The notes below the pieces were generated by a model. The model worked only from the letters and a program-made list of their open reading frames with translations, was not told where the DNA came from and did no database searches. From an uncultured delta proteobacterium (GTDB lineage: Bacteria > Desulfobacterota > Binatia > UBA9968), in the NCBI GenBank assembly GCA_963816145.1, contig CAWFJP010000003.1, forward strand, positions 800,001 through 864,000: a DNA stretch of 64,000 nucleotides, written 5' to 3'. Shown here piece after piece: positions 10,895-20,112 of this stretch (positions are counted from its first letter, which is position 1; the number at the start of each line of letters is the position of its first letter). The position numbers were made by a program, and so were the translations under genes.

Positions 10895-11869
10895 TCACCG
10901 AATTACTTTGTCCGCCCGCGCCAGCACATTCGGCGGAATCGTCAAGTCGATCTGCTTAGCCGCTTTTAGATTGACGATGAACTCGAACTTCTTTGGCTGT
11001 TCGACGGGAAGGTCGGCGGGCTTGGTACCTTTCAAAATCTTGTCTACGTACGCCGCGGCGCGGCGGTACAAGTCGTCAAAGCTGACGCCGTAACTCGCCA
11101 GCCCTCCTGCTTCGACAAATGCTGCAAAGGGGTAGATCACCGGGAGCCGACTCTTTGCCGCGGTGTCGACAACTTGTTGTCGCTGTGAGTTGAGGACCGG
11201 TGACAGTAATGCGAGCACGGCTTCAGCCCGTCCCTTAATTGCGCTACGAAATGCGCTGTCAACATCCTTGGGGCTCTGTACGTCGATATAGCGATGCGTC
11301 ACTGCCAACGCGCTGGCGGCGATTTCTGCCTCCTTCCGCATTTGCGCCTGCCCTGGAATATTCGCAGTACCGAGGATCGCCACCGCCGAGATTTTTGGCG
11401 CGATCTCTTTGAGCAGTTCCAGTTGTTTGCCGCTGATCTCCGGGGCGTAGGTTGCCAGTCCGGTAATGTTGCCGCCGGGTCGCGCCAAACTGGCGACAAA
11501 TCCTGTCGCCACAGGATCGGTATCCTGTGCCATCACGATGGGGATCGTCGTCGTTGCGTCCTTGGAGGCTCTGGTCGCCCCCGGACCTCCAGTGACAATG
11601 ACGTCGACCTTGAGCCGCACGAGCTCGGCCGCGAGCACGGGGAAGCGATCGAGTTTGTCCTCGGCATAGCGATACTCGATGAGGATGTTTTTCCCCTCGA
11701 CATAACCAAGCTCGCGCAGCCCCTGGCGCAGCGCTTCGATGCGTGTGGATACGGCCGTAGGATCTGAACCCAGGAATCCGATGCGCGGTATCTTCGCCGG
11801 CAGCTGCGCGGACGCGCTAAGCGCCAAGAGCAAAGCGCTAAGCGTAAGAAGGATGACATTGCTTCTCAT
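10895..11869 (-). CDS. ABC_sub_bind substrate-binding protein (array member, MRSNVILL leader)
   Basis: Family motifs. Confidence 0.9.
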   Translation of the reverse strand: MRSNVILLTLSALLLALSASAQLPAKIPRIGFLGSDPTAVSTRIEALRQGLRELGYVEGKNILIEYRYAEDKLDRFPVLAAELVRLKVDVIVTGGPGATRASKDATTTIPIVMAQDTDPVATGFVASLARPGGNITGLATYAPEISGKQLELLKEIAPKISAVAILGTANIPGQAQMRKEAEIAASALAVTHRYIDVQSPKDVDSAFRSAIKGRAEAVLALLSPVLNSQRQQVVDTAAKSRLPVIYPFAAFVEAGGLASYGVSFDDLYRRAAAYVDKILKGTKPADLPVEQPKKFEFIVNLKAAKQIDLTIPPNVLARADKVIR

Positions 11870-12012
11870 ATGTTTTCTCCGGTTTCTTGCCCTTGGCTCT
11901 TTCCCCTTTGCCTTTGCGGTTTGACCTTGAGTCCAAACCTCGTGGTGAATACGGGCGACTCATCGCACATACAAAAATTTTCCGAGTCGCCTTACCCCTT
12001 ACCCTTCACGCC

Positions 12013-12051
12013 TCACCGTAGTACTTTGTCCGCCCACGCCAGCACATCGGG
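12013..12051 (-). pseudogene. Isolated 3'-terminal stub of an ABC_sub_bind gene (PDVLAWADKVLR*)
   Basis: Matches the PNVLVRADKVIR* ending at 21245, with shared downstream spacer. Confidence 0.7.
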
Positions 12052-12080
12052 CTAGTCGTACCCGCGTCTTGCCAGCCAAA

Positions 12081-12123
12081 TTGACAGGGCGGCATTTATG
12101 CAATATGGTTATTAATATTAACC
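12081..12123 (+). promoter_or_regulatory. sigma70 promoter of the TA operon with overlapping operator palindrome
   Basis: TTGACA (12081)-N17-TATGGT (12104); GGTTA-N7-TAACC inverted repeat at 12107-12123. Confidence 0.65.
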
Positions 12124-12146
12124 CATTACTTTGATGAGGATAATTG

Positions 12147-12452
12147 ATGCCAGCCGTCAAAAAACAATATGAAGTGGTCAGCGTTTCGTTGCCCCGCGAA
12201 TTGGTGCAGCGCGCCAACGCGGTGATTCCGAAAGCGCGCCGCAGCAAGGTCATCACCAGCATGCTGACCGCCTTCCTCGATTCGGTTGCCCGCAAACAAT
12301 TGGAGCGTGACTACGCCGATTATTATGCCGGCCGCTCCGGCCGCGATATCGACGAGGAAAAAGAGCAGCTTGCCGAGTGGCGATTGAGCGACGCCGAGGC
12401 CTGGAGCATCCTTGAAAAGGAGGAGTCGCGTGGTCGCGGTGCGGCGCGGTGA
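12147..12452 (+). CDS. Ribbon-helix-helix antitoxin (MazE/CopG-like)
   Basis: VVSVSLPRELV.........RRSKVI RHH pattern; acidic C-terminus; overlaps the toxin gene. Confidence 0.75.
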   Translation: MPAVKKQYEVVSVSLPRELVQRANAVIPKARRSKVITSMLTAFLDSVARKQLERDYADYYAGRSGRDIDEEKEQLAEWRLSDAEAWSILEKEESRGRGAAR

Positions 12453-12774
12453 TGTCGTGCTGGTCAATCTCGATCCAACCATCGGCGTCGAGATCAAGAA
12501 AACCCGGCCCGCCATCGTATTGTCCAACGACGCAATCAATCAATACAGCCAACTGGCGGTGATCGTGCCGTTGACCAAGAACATCGCCCGGCTCTCGCCC
12601 AGTCACACGCTCATCGCCAAAGGAACCGCGCGCCTCACTTTTGCATCGAAAGTCGTCACCGAGCAGATCAAAGCCGTCGACAAGCAACGCATCGTCAAGC
12701 GGCTGGGAAGCTTGCCGGCAGCCCTGCTCGCACAAGTCGAGCGCGCCGTCAAAAATACTCTGGCGTTGCCGTAA
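12430..12774 (+). CDS. mazF: PemK/MazF family type II toxin
   Basis: RGDVVLVNLDPTIG.EI.KTRPAIVLSND..N...VIVPLT and EQI..VDK.R motifs; AGGAGG RBS before GTG at 12430. Confidence 0.92.
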   Translation: MVAVRRGDVVLVNLDPTIGVEIKKTRPAIVLSNDAINQYSQLAVIVPLTKNIARLSPSHTLIAKGTARLTFASKVVTEQIKAVDKQRIVKRLGSLPAALLAQVERAVKNTLALP

Positions 12775-12815
12775 TCTCCTCACCCACTCGCGGGTTTTGC
12801 CATCCTCCCCAGTTA

Positions 12816-13790
12816 TCATCGAATCACCCGATCCGCCCGCGCCAACACGTTCGGCGGCACCGTCAAGCCGATCTGCTTTGCGGTCTTGAGGTTGACGAAC
12901 AACTCGATCTTATCGACGCCTTCCACCGGCAGATCTTTGGGTTTAACACCGTTGAGAATGCGCTGCACATACTTCGCCGAGAGCCGCCCGACTTCGTGAA
13001 AGCTGACGCTGTAACTCGAAAAGCCGCCGCTTATGACAATACTTTGCCGTGGGAAACTTGTCGGCAGCCGCTGGCGATTTGCAATATCGATAATGAGCCT
13101 CGATTGATTGTCCACTTCCGGGTCCGCCACGGCGAAAAAAGCATCGGCATCCCCGGCCTTGAGGGCGTGAATTGCTGCCAGGAGTTCTTCAGTCGAACTG
13201 TAGTGGCGTTCGATCAACCGGAGGCCCAGCTGCGCTGCCGCCTCGCGCGCGGCCTTGGACGACTCGATAGCGACGGTCGTGCGCGGATTGTACAATGTAA
13301 CCACTCGCCGGAGCTTGGGGACGAGCTCTTTTAACAGCTCCAACCGCTTCCCGGTCAGATCAGCGTCGCGGTAGTAAACCCCGGTAAGCCGGCCTCCCGG
13401 CGCAGCAAAGCTATCGACCAAGCCGAGAGCGACGGGATCGGTACCGGCACAGAAAACCAGTGGGGTATTTGCCGTCGCTCGCCTTGCGGCGATCGTACTG
13501 CCGGTCGAACTGGCATAGATGAGATCGACATTGTCTTGCTCAAACTTCTTCGCCGCCGCTTGCGCCAGCTTTGCATCACCCTGCCAATCTTGCACTGCCA
13601 GCACAAACTGTTTGCCTTCTTCAAGACCGAGCGGCTTGAGACCGCTTTTCAGACCATCAATGATCTCATACCATGCATCGCCGGGAACCAGCGCGCCGAT
13701 TTTGAACACTTTTGCCGGCTGGGCTGCGCTGATCGATGCAGTTGCCAGGAGTAAAACCGCCGCCCACAAACCAAAAAAGCTTTTTCTCAT
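12816..13790 (-). CDS. ABC_sub_bind substrate-binding protein (divergent array member)
   Basis: DPV.LGLV.SFA.PGG..TG; conserved NLKTAKQIGLTVPPNVLARADRVIR tail. Confidence 0.9.
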   Translation of the reverse strand: MRKSFFGLWAAVLLLATASISAAQPAKVFKIGALVPGDAWYEIIDGLKSGLKPLGLEEGKQFVLAVQDWQGDAKLAQAAAKKFEQDNVDLIYASSTGSTIAARRATANTPLVFCAGTDPVALGLVDSFAAPGGRLTGVYYRDADLTGKRLELLKELVPKLRRVVTLYNPRTTVAIESSKAAREAAAQLGLRLIERHYSSTEELLAAIHALKAGDADAFFAVADPEVDNQSRLIIDIANRQRLPTSFPRQSIVISGGFSSYSVSFHEVGRLSAKYVQRILNGVKPKDLPVEGVDKIELFVNLKTAKQIGLTVPPNVLARADRVIR

Positions 13791-13846
13791 AGGTATTTTC
13801 CGCGTCCCGAAACTCTTACTGTTGCCTAGTGCCCAATGCCTTTTGC

Positions 13847-14923
13847 CTACTTAATCACCCGATCCGCCCGCGCCAGCACGTTCGGCGGTACCGGCAGGCC
13901 GATTTGCTTGGCTGCTTGCAAATTGACGATGAACTCAAATTTAATCGGCTGCTCCACTGGTAAGTCGGCGGGTGTTCTGCCTTTGAGAATTTTGTCCACA
14001 TAGACGGCCGCGCGCCTCGACAAGTCCGTGAGGCTCGCCGCATAGCTCATAAGTCCACCGGCATCGACAAATTCTGCGCTGTTGTAGATCGCCGGGAGCC
14101 GGCTCTTTGCCGCGAGTTCGACGATCTCGGTGCGCTGAGCAGTGGCTAGGCCGCCCGCCAATAAAATAAGGACTGCGTTAGCCCGCCCCTTGCTAGCAGC
14201 TCGGAATGCAATCTCAATATCCTTGGGACTTAGTATGTCTAGGTATTGAACCTTCACTCCGAACGCCCCTGCGGCAAGTTCCACTTCTTTTAACGATTGT
14301 GGGTTGGACGGTTCGGTCGAATTCCCCAGGACGGCCACGCGGGAGAACTTAGGAACGGTCTCCTTTAGAACCTCCAGTCGTTTTCCACTAAGCTCCGGTG
14401 CGAGCGACGACAATCCAGTGATATTTCCGCCAGGCCGTGCAAGGTTAGCGACGAACCCGCTGCCTACTGGATCGCCTTCATTGGTCATGACAATGGGAAT
14501 CGTCGAAGTTGCCTGCTTAATAAGAAGACGGGTTACTGTCGGACCAGCCGAGACGAGGATGTCGACCTTGAGCCGCACTAGGTCGGCCGCAAGTTCACTC
14601 AGGCGATCGGTTTTTCCCTCTGCAAAGCGCCGCTCGATGGCAACGTTTTTCCCTTCGACATAGCCAAGCTCACGGAGCCCCTGCAGGAATGCCTCGATGC
14701 GGCCTGCGTAAGCCGCAGCGCTAGTCCCGCCTAGGTATCCTATCCGCGGGATTTTCGCCGGCTGCTGGGCCTGAGTGGGGGAGCCGGGAGCAAGGAGCAG
14801 GGAGCAAAGAGCAAGAAAGACTGTGGCACATAGGCCACGCGCTAGAAGTAAAGCGTTAAACGAGATTTCCAAGGTTTGTTTCCTCAGTGAGGTTTCCTGT
14901 GTGTTTTCTGGCTCCTTGCCCAA
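13847..14923 (-). CDS. ABC_sub_bind substrate-binding protein (start uncertain)
   Basis: Family motifs. Confidence 0.88.
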   Translation of the reverse strand: MGKEPENTQETSLRKQTLEISFNALLLARGLCATVFLALCSLLLAPGSPTQAQQPAKIPRIGYLGGTSAAAYAGRIEAFLQGLRELGYVEGKNVAIERRFAEGKTDRLSELAADLVRLKVDILVSAGPTVTRLLIKQATSTIPIVMTNEGDPVGSGFVANLARPGGNITGLSSLAPELSGKRLEVLKETVPKFSRVAVLGNSTEPSNPQSLKEVELAAGAFGVKVQYLDILSPKDIEIAFRAASKGRANAVLILLAGGLATAQRTEIVELAAKSRLPAIYNSAEFVDAGGLMSYAASLTDLSRRAAVYVDKILKGRTPADLPVEQPIKFEFIVNLQAAKQIGLPVPPNVLARADRVIK

Positions 14924-14939
14924 ATCCCCCTGCTCCCTG

Positions 14940-15929
14940 CTATTTTAGGACCCGATTCGCCCGTGACAGAAACTCCGGCGAGAGCGATAGTCCGATCTGT
15001 TTTGCCGCCTTCAAGTTGATGACAAACTCAAACTTCGAGGCCTGCTGCACCGGCAAGTCAGCTGGTTTGGCGCCCCTCAAAATCTTGTCGACGTAAACCG
15101 CCGCGCGCCGGTAGAGGTCATTGAAGTCCGCACCGTAAGACATGAGCCCGCCGGCTTCGACAAATTCATCCTGTGGGTAGATCGCCGGTAAACGGTGATT
15201 ACCGGCAAGCTCGACGATGCGCTTTCTTTCGGCCACAAAGCGGTTAGTAACGTACGTCATGATCCCGCCCGCCTGTTTCTGCTTTGCAATTTGAAAAGCG
15301 CTTTCTACACCTTTGGAGTCGGGTTTAGTTTCGATCTCTTCCAATTTCAGTTTCAGTGCCGAAGCCGCGGCCCTGAGTTCTTTCATTTGAAGATTCCCTG
15401 CCTCGCCGCTTCCTGGCGGCCGCAGAAGTCCGACACGGGCGAGCTTGGGGACCGCGTCCTTGAGTATCTCCAGCCTCTTGGTATTCAGCTCCACTGCTAG
15501 ACTTGACAGCCCCGTGACGTTGCCTCCGGGCCGGGCCAGACTGGCAACCATCCCTTCACCTACGGCGTCCGCGGGGTTGGTCATGACGATCGGGATGGTA
15601 GTTGTGGCTTCCTTCGCCGCCAACACCGCAGCTCCGGCTGTGACCAAGATCAGATCAACCTTCAGCCGGACCAGTTCCGCGGCGAGGCCAGTCAGCCGCT
15701 CTCGTTTTTGATCGCCGTAGCGGTATTCGAAGGTGAAACTTTTTCCCTCGATCCATCCAAGCCTGCCCATCTCCTGGCGGAACGCATCCAGGTAGTCAGC
15801 GTTACCGGAAGCCGTGCTTGCGGTGAGGAATCCTATTCGAACAATTTTCCCTACCTGCTGCGCATTGGCGGCGGGGGTGGAAACAAGAATGACGCTTGCC
15901 AGGAACCAGTTGAGAATCGATTTCATCAT
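14940..15929 (-). CDS. ABC_sub_bind substrate-binding protein
   Basis: Family motifs. Confidence 0.9.
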   Translation of the reverse strand: MMKSILNWFLASVILVSTPAANAQQVGKIVRIGFLTASTASGNADYLDAFRQEMGRLGWIEGKSFTFEYRYGDQKRERLTGLAAELVRLKVDLILVTAGAAVLAAKEATTTIPIVMTNPADAVGEGMVASLARPGGNVTGLSSLAVELNTKRLEILKDAVPKLARVGLLRPPGSGEAGNLQMKELRAAASALKLKLEEIETKPDSKGVESAFQIAKQKQAGGIMTYVTNRFVAERKRIVELAGNHRLPAIYPQDEFVEAGGLMSYGADFNDLYRRAAVYVDKILRGAKPADLPVQQASKFEFVINLKAAKQIGLSLSPEFLSRANRVLK

Positions 15930-15975
15930 GCATTTTGCTCCGATGTTTTTACTAATAGCGGATCGCTGACGACTG

Positions 15976-16968
15976 TCATCGAATAACCTTGTCGGCCCGA
16001 TACAGCAGCGACTGCGGAATCGTCACGCCGATCTGCTTGGCGGTCTTGAGATTGAATATCAGCTCGAACTTTGTCGGCTGTTCGACTGGCAGGTCGCCGG
16101 GTTTAGCACCTTTTAGGATTCTGTCGACGTAGTATGCGACGCGGCGGTAGCTGTCCGCCTGGTCCGCTCCGTAGTACATAAGCCCGCCTTCAGTTACATA
16201 TTCGCTTCTGCCGTATACTGACGGTAACTGGCTATTTAGCGCAAAGCCGACGATCCGTTTCTGATTGGAATTCAGCAGCGCGCCCGTGGAAACGTAGAGT
16301 CCATCCGGGCGCTGCTTGCCGATCGCGGCAAAAACCTTCTCGAAATCATCCTGGCCTCGCACCTGCCAGGTTTGGATGGTCATCTTCTGCGCACGTGCCA
16401 CGGCTGGCAGAACCTCTTTAAGCTCCGATCCGGCAGACAGAGTGCTTTCGTCGTGGAGAACCGCGACGTGGGTAAGTTTGGGGACGGCTTCTTTGAACAG
16501 CTCCAACCGCTTCCCGCCTAGTTCAAGGACGAGGCTTGTCAGACCGGTGACAATACCGCCCGGACGAGCGAGGCTTTTAACGAAGCCTGCTTTGACAGGA
16601 TCGACACCACCGCCGGTCATGATGATGGGAATCGTCTTGGTCGCATTGATGGCGGCCCTGAGCAGGACGTCGCCGCCTGCTACTAAGATGATATCGATAT
16701 TGAGACGCGCCAACTCCGCCGCAAGTTTAGGGAACCGGTCGCTCTTCCCCTCCGCATATCGGTACTCAATGGCGATGTTCTGTCCTTCGATGTAGCCCAG
16801 CTCGCGCAGACCCAGCCGCACTCCTTCCGCACGACTGGAGTCGTTAGCTGGATCCCGCGCCGATAGATAACCTATCCGCGGGATTTTCCTCGGCTGCTGC
16901 GCAATGGCGACCATGGCATTTATCAGCAAGACAGTAACCAGTCCCCAGAAGATAGTTTTCTTTGTCAT
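15976..16968 (-). CDS. ABC_sub_bind substrate-binding protein
   Basis: Family motifs; MTKK start; same subtype as the 4020 copy (ADSYRRVAYYVDRILKG). Confidence 0.9.
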   Translation of the reverse strand: MTKKTIFWGLVTVLLINAMVAIAQQPRKIPRIGYLSARDPANDSSRAEGVRLGLRELGYIEGQNIAIEYRYAEGKSDRFPKLAAELARLNIDIILVAGGDVLLRAAINATKTIPIIMTGGGVDPVKAGFVKSLARPGGIVTGLTSLVLELGGKRLELFKEAVPKLTHVAVLHDESTLSAGSELKEVLPAVARAQKMTIQTWQVRGQDDFEKVFAAIGKQRPDGLYVSTGALLNSNQKRIVGFALNSQLPSVYGRSEYVTEGGLMYYGADQADSYRRVAYYVDRILKGAKPGDLPVEQPTKFELIFNLKTAKQIGVTIPQSLLYRADKVIR

Positions 16969-17010
16969 GGTCTTCACTCTTACTATTGCCTGTTGCCTCA
17001 TGCCTGTTGC

Positions 17011-17994
17011 CTACTTAATCACCCGCTCCGCCCGCGCGAGCACATTGGGAGGTATGGTCAAGCCGATTTGTTTTGCCGCCTTGAGGTTGAACACCAGATC
17101 GAACTTTATCGGCTGCTCTACCGGAAGATCGGCCGGCTTCGCGCCTTTAAGAATCTTGTCGACAAAGATCGCGGCACGGCGAAACAAGTCGTTGGTATTC
17201 GCTCCGTAGGTCATCAAGCCACCGTCATCTACGTAGTCGACCCTGGGATAAATCCCCGGCCAGCGGTTTTTTGTGGCGAGCTCGACGATCTGTTGGCGAT
17301 GGGTGTTGAAAACGGAGCTGGGCATCACGAGCAACCCTTCCACCTGTTTTTTCCCTGCCGACAGAAACGCTGGCTCGATGTCGGGAGCATTTCTGACGTC
17401 GAGATAAAATCGCTGAATGCCGAACCCTTGGGCGGCGCGATCGGTCTCGCGCACCGCTTGCGGATTACCCGGTTCGGTTAGATCCCTCAACACCGCCAGC
17501 CGTGCAAGTTTCGGCATGACTTCCTTCAGGATCTCCACTTGCTTGCCGCTCAACTCGGTGGTCAGGTTCGCCAATCCGGTAACGTTGCCACCGGGCTGGG
17601 CCAGACTAGTGACGAATCCCGACCCGACCGGATCGTTGTCCTGGGCCATGACGATGGGAATCGTTGCGGTCGCTTCCTTGGCCGGCCGGGTTGCCTGCGA
17701 ACCGGCGGTGACGATCACGTTAACCTTGAGCTTCGCCAAGTCGGCGGCCTGGTCGGACAGCCGATCGACCTTGCCTTCACCGTAGCGGTACTCGACCACA
17801 ATCGTCTTGCCCTCGATATAGCCACGCTCGCGCAGTCCCTGGCGAAATGCCTCGACGCGACTAGAGATGGAAGCAGCGGTGCCAGCACCCAAAAAACCGA
17901 TTCGCGGGATTTTCGTTGACTGCTGCGCTTGCGCGGACACGCTAAGCGCCAAGAGCAAAGCGCTAAGCGTAAGAAGAATGACATTGCTTCTCAT
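17011..17994 (-). CDS. ABC_sub_bind substrate-binding protein (MRSNVILL leader)
   Basis: Family motifs. Confidence 0.9.
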   Translation of the reverse strand: MRSNVILLTLSALLLALSVSAQAQQSTKIPRIGFLGAGTAASISSRVEAFRQGLRERGYIEGKTIVVEYRYGEGKVDRLSDQAADLAKLKVNVIVTAGSQATRPAKEATATIPIVMAQDNDPVGSGFVTSLAQPGGNVTGLANLTTELSGKQVEILKEVMPKLARLAVLRDLTEPGNPQAVRETDRAAQGFGIQRFYLDVRNAPDIEPAFLSAGKKQVEGLLVMPSSVFNTHRQQIVELATKNRWPGIYPRVDYVDDGGLMTYGANTNDLFRRAAIFVDKILKGAKPADLPVEQPIKFDLVFNLKAAKQIGLTIPPNVLARAERVIK

Positions 17995-18049
17995 ATGTTT
18001 TCTCCCGTTTCTTGAACTTGTCTCTTTGCACGATACCCCTTGCGTTCTA

Positions 18050-19033
18050 TCAGCGAATCACCCGATCCGCCCGCACCAGGACGTTCGGCGGGATCGTCAG
18101 TCCGATCTGCTTGGCAGCTTTCAAATTGACGATGAAGTCGAATTTTTTCGGTTGCTCGACCGGAAGATCGGCTGGTGCCCTGCCTTTTAGAATTTTATCG
18201 ATATACGTCGCCGCGCGCCGGTATAAGTCAGTAAAACTCGCGCCATAGGTCATAAGACCACCGACTTCGACAAATCCGAGTTCGTTGTAGATCGCTGGCA
18301 ACCGGCTCTTTGCCGCCAAGTCGACGACCCGTTTCCGCTGTGAGTTAAGCACGGGCCCGCCCATCAGCAGCGCCGCGTCAGCGTGTCTCTTGGTCGCGGC
18401 TTGAAATGCAGCTTCGAAATCTTTGGCATCCCTTACATTCACGGTTTGAATCTGCACCTTGAGCGCCCGGCCGGCGAGCTCCGTCTCTGTCAATTGTTGC
18501 GCGTAGCCCGGATTGGCTGGTTCTCCGAGCACGGCGACCCGCGCAAGCGTAGGCACGACATCTTTCAAAAGTTCCAATTGTTTGCCGGTAATTTCTGGAG
18601 CCAGCACGGATAAACCGGTCACATTACCTTCGGGCCGCGCTAGGCTGGCGATAAAGCCATTTCCGACTGGATCAGTATCCTGCGCCATCACGATTGGAAT
18701 AGTTTTTGTCGCCTGCTGTGCGAGACGGGTTACCGTCGGTCCCGCCGATATCAAGATGTCGACCTGGAGATGTATCAGTTCCGCGATCAGCGCTGGAAGC
18801 CGATCCATTCGCCCGTCTGCGGAGCGCCACTCAAACGCAATATTCTTTCCTTCTATGTAACCAAGTTCGCGCAGCCCTTGGCGCAACGCTTCGATGCGGA
18901 CGGAGTTTTCGGCGAGTGACGGACCAATCACGTACCCAATGCGAGGAATTTTTGTCGGCCGTTGCGCCTTGGCCAAAGGGGCTGCCGCTAGCATGACAGT
19001 CATCAGCAAACCGATGACAATTTTCTTGGCCAT
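18050..19033 (-). CDS. ABC_sub_bind substrate-binding protein
   Basis: Family motifs; MAKK start. Confidence 0.9.
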   Translation of the reverse strand: MAKKIVIGLLMTVMLAAAPLAKAQRPTKIPRIGYVIGPSLAENSVRIEALRQGLRELGYIEGKNIAFEWRSADGRMDRLPALIAELIHLQVDILISAGPTVTRLAQQATKTIPIVMAQDTDPVGNGFIASLARPEGNVTGLSVLAPEITGKQLELLKDVVPTLARVAVLGEPANPGYAQQLTETELAGRALKVQIQTVNVRDAKDFEAAFQAATKRHADAALLMGGPVLNSQRKRVVDLAAKSRLPAIYNELGFVEVGGLMTYGASFTDLYRRAATYIDKILKGRAPADLPVEQPKKFDFIVNLKAAKQIGLTIPPNVLVRADRVIR

Positions 19034-19080
19034 GGTTTTCTCGCTTACTATTGCCTGTTGCCTCATGCCTCACGCCTGAT

Positions 19081-20064
19081 TCAGCGAATCACCCGATCCG
19101 CCCGCGCCAGCACGTTTGGCGGGATTGTCAGGCCGATCTGCTTCGCCGCTTTCAGATTAATGACGAACTCGAACTTCATCGGCTGCTCGACAGGAAGATC
19201 AGTGGGCTTTCGACCCTTCAAAATCTTGTCGACATAGGTGGCAGCGCGCCGGTACAGGTCTGCGAAATTGACCCCGTAGGCCATCAATCCGCCGTCCTCG
19301 ACAAATTGCCTTGTATTATACATTGCCGGCAGATGCAGCTTAGTAGCGAGTTCGGAAATCGTTTTTGAATTTCGAGTCATTACCGGACCCGCGGTGATAA
19401 GAAGCGCCTGGGCGCGATTTTTTTTTAAATCGTCGAAGGCGCGGTCGATATCTGCGGCACTCTTGATCTCGTAAGGCCGAATTTGGTTTCGTAGCGCCTT
19501 GGCCGCGGTCTTTACCTCCTCATTCATAACACTTGCAAGTCGGTCAACGTCTATATTCCACAGCACCGCAACTAAGCTGATCCTGGGGACCGCCTCATTC
19601 AGCAGCTCCAACTGCTTGCCCCACAAACCGGGACCCGCGCTGTTTGAGAGGCCGGTCACGTTGCCGCTTGGCCGCGCCAGGCTTTTGACCAGACCTGCAC
19701 TAATAGGATCGCCGATGCCCACCCCGACAATTGGAATCGTGCTAGTTACCTGGGCCGCGGCGCGACTGGCTCGAAGGGTTGTCGTAAGTATAACGTCAAC
19801 ATTTAGCCCGACGAGTTCCCCCGCAAGCGTCGGCAGCGCGTCAGGCTTTCCTTCGGCATAGCGGTACTCGATACTGATGTTCTTGCCCTCGACGTAACCC
19901 AGATCACGCAGCCCCTGGCGGAATGCTTCCAAGTGGGGTTGATCTTTCGAACCCACAAAGAGAAATCCTATGCGCGGAATTTTCTTCGCTTGCTGCGCCT
20001 GAGTAGGGGCACTTGTCGCTAGAAAGAGAAATGCTAGTAGTAACCAAAGAAATTTTCTCATCAT
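19081..20064 (-). CDS. ABC_sub_bind substrate-binding protein
   Basis: Family motifs. Confidence 0.9.
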   Translation of the reverse strand: MMRKFLWLLLAFLFLATSAPTQAQQAKKIPRIGFLFVGSKDQPHLEAFRQGLRDLGYVEGKNISIEYRYAEGKPDALPTLAGELVGLNVDVILTTTLRASRAAAQVTSTIPIVGVGIGDPISAGLVKSLARPSGNVTGLSNSAGPGLWGKQLELLNEAVPRISLVAVLWNIDVDRLASVMNEEVKTAAKALRNQIRPYEIKSAADIDRAFDDLKKNRAQALLITAGPVMTRNSKTISELATKLHLPAMYNTRQFVEDGGLMAYGVNFADLYRRAATYVDKILKGRKPTDLPVEQPMKFEFVINLKAAKQIGLTIPPNVLARADRVIR

Positions 20065-20112
20065 AAAGTTTGCTCTCGAAGTTTAACTCACGCCTACCGC
20101 CTCGCGCCTTGC

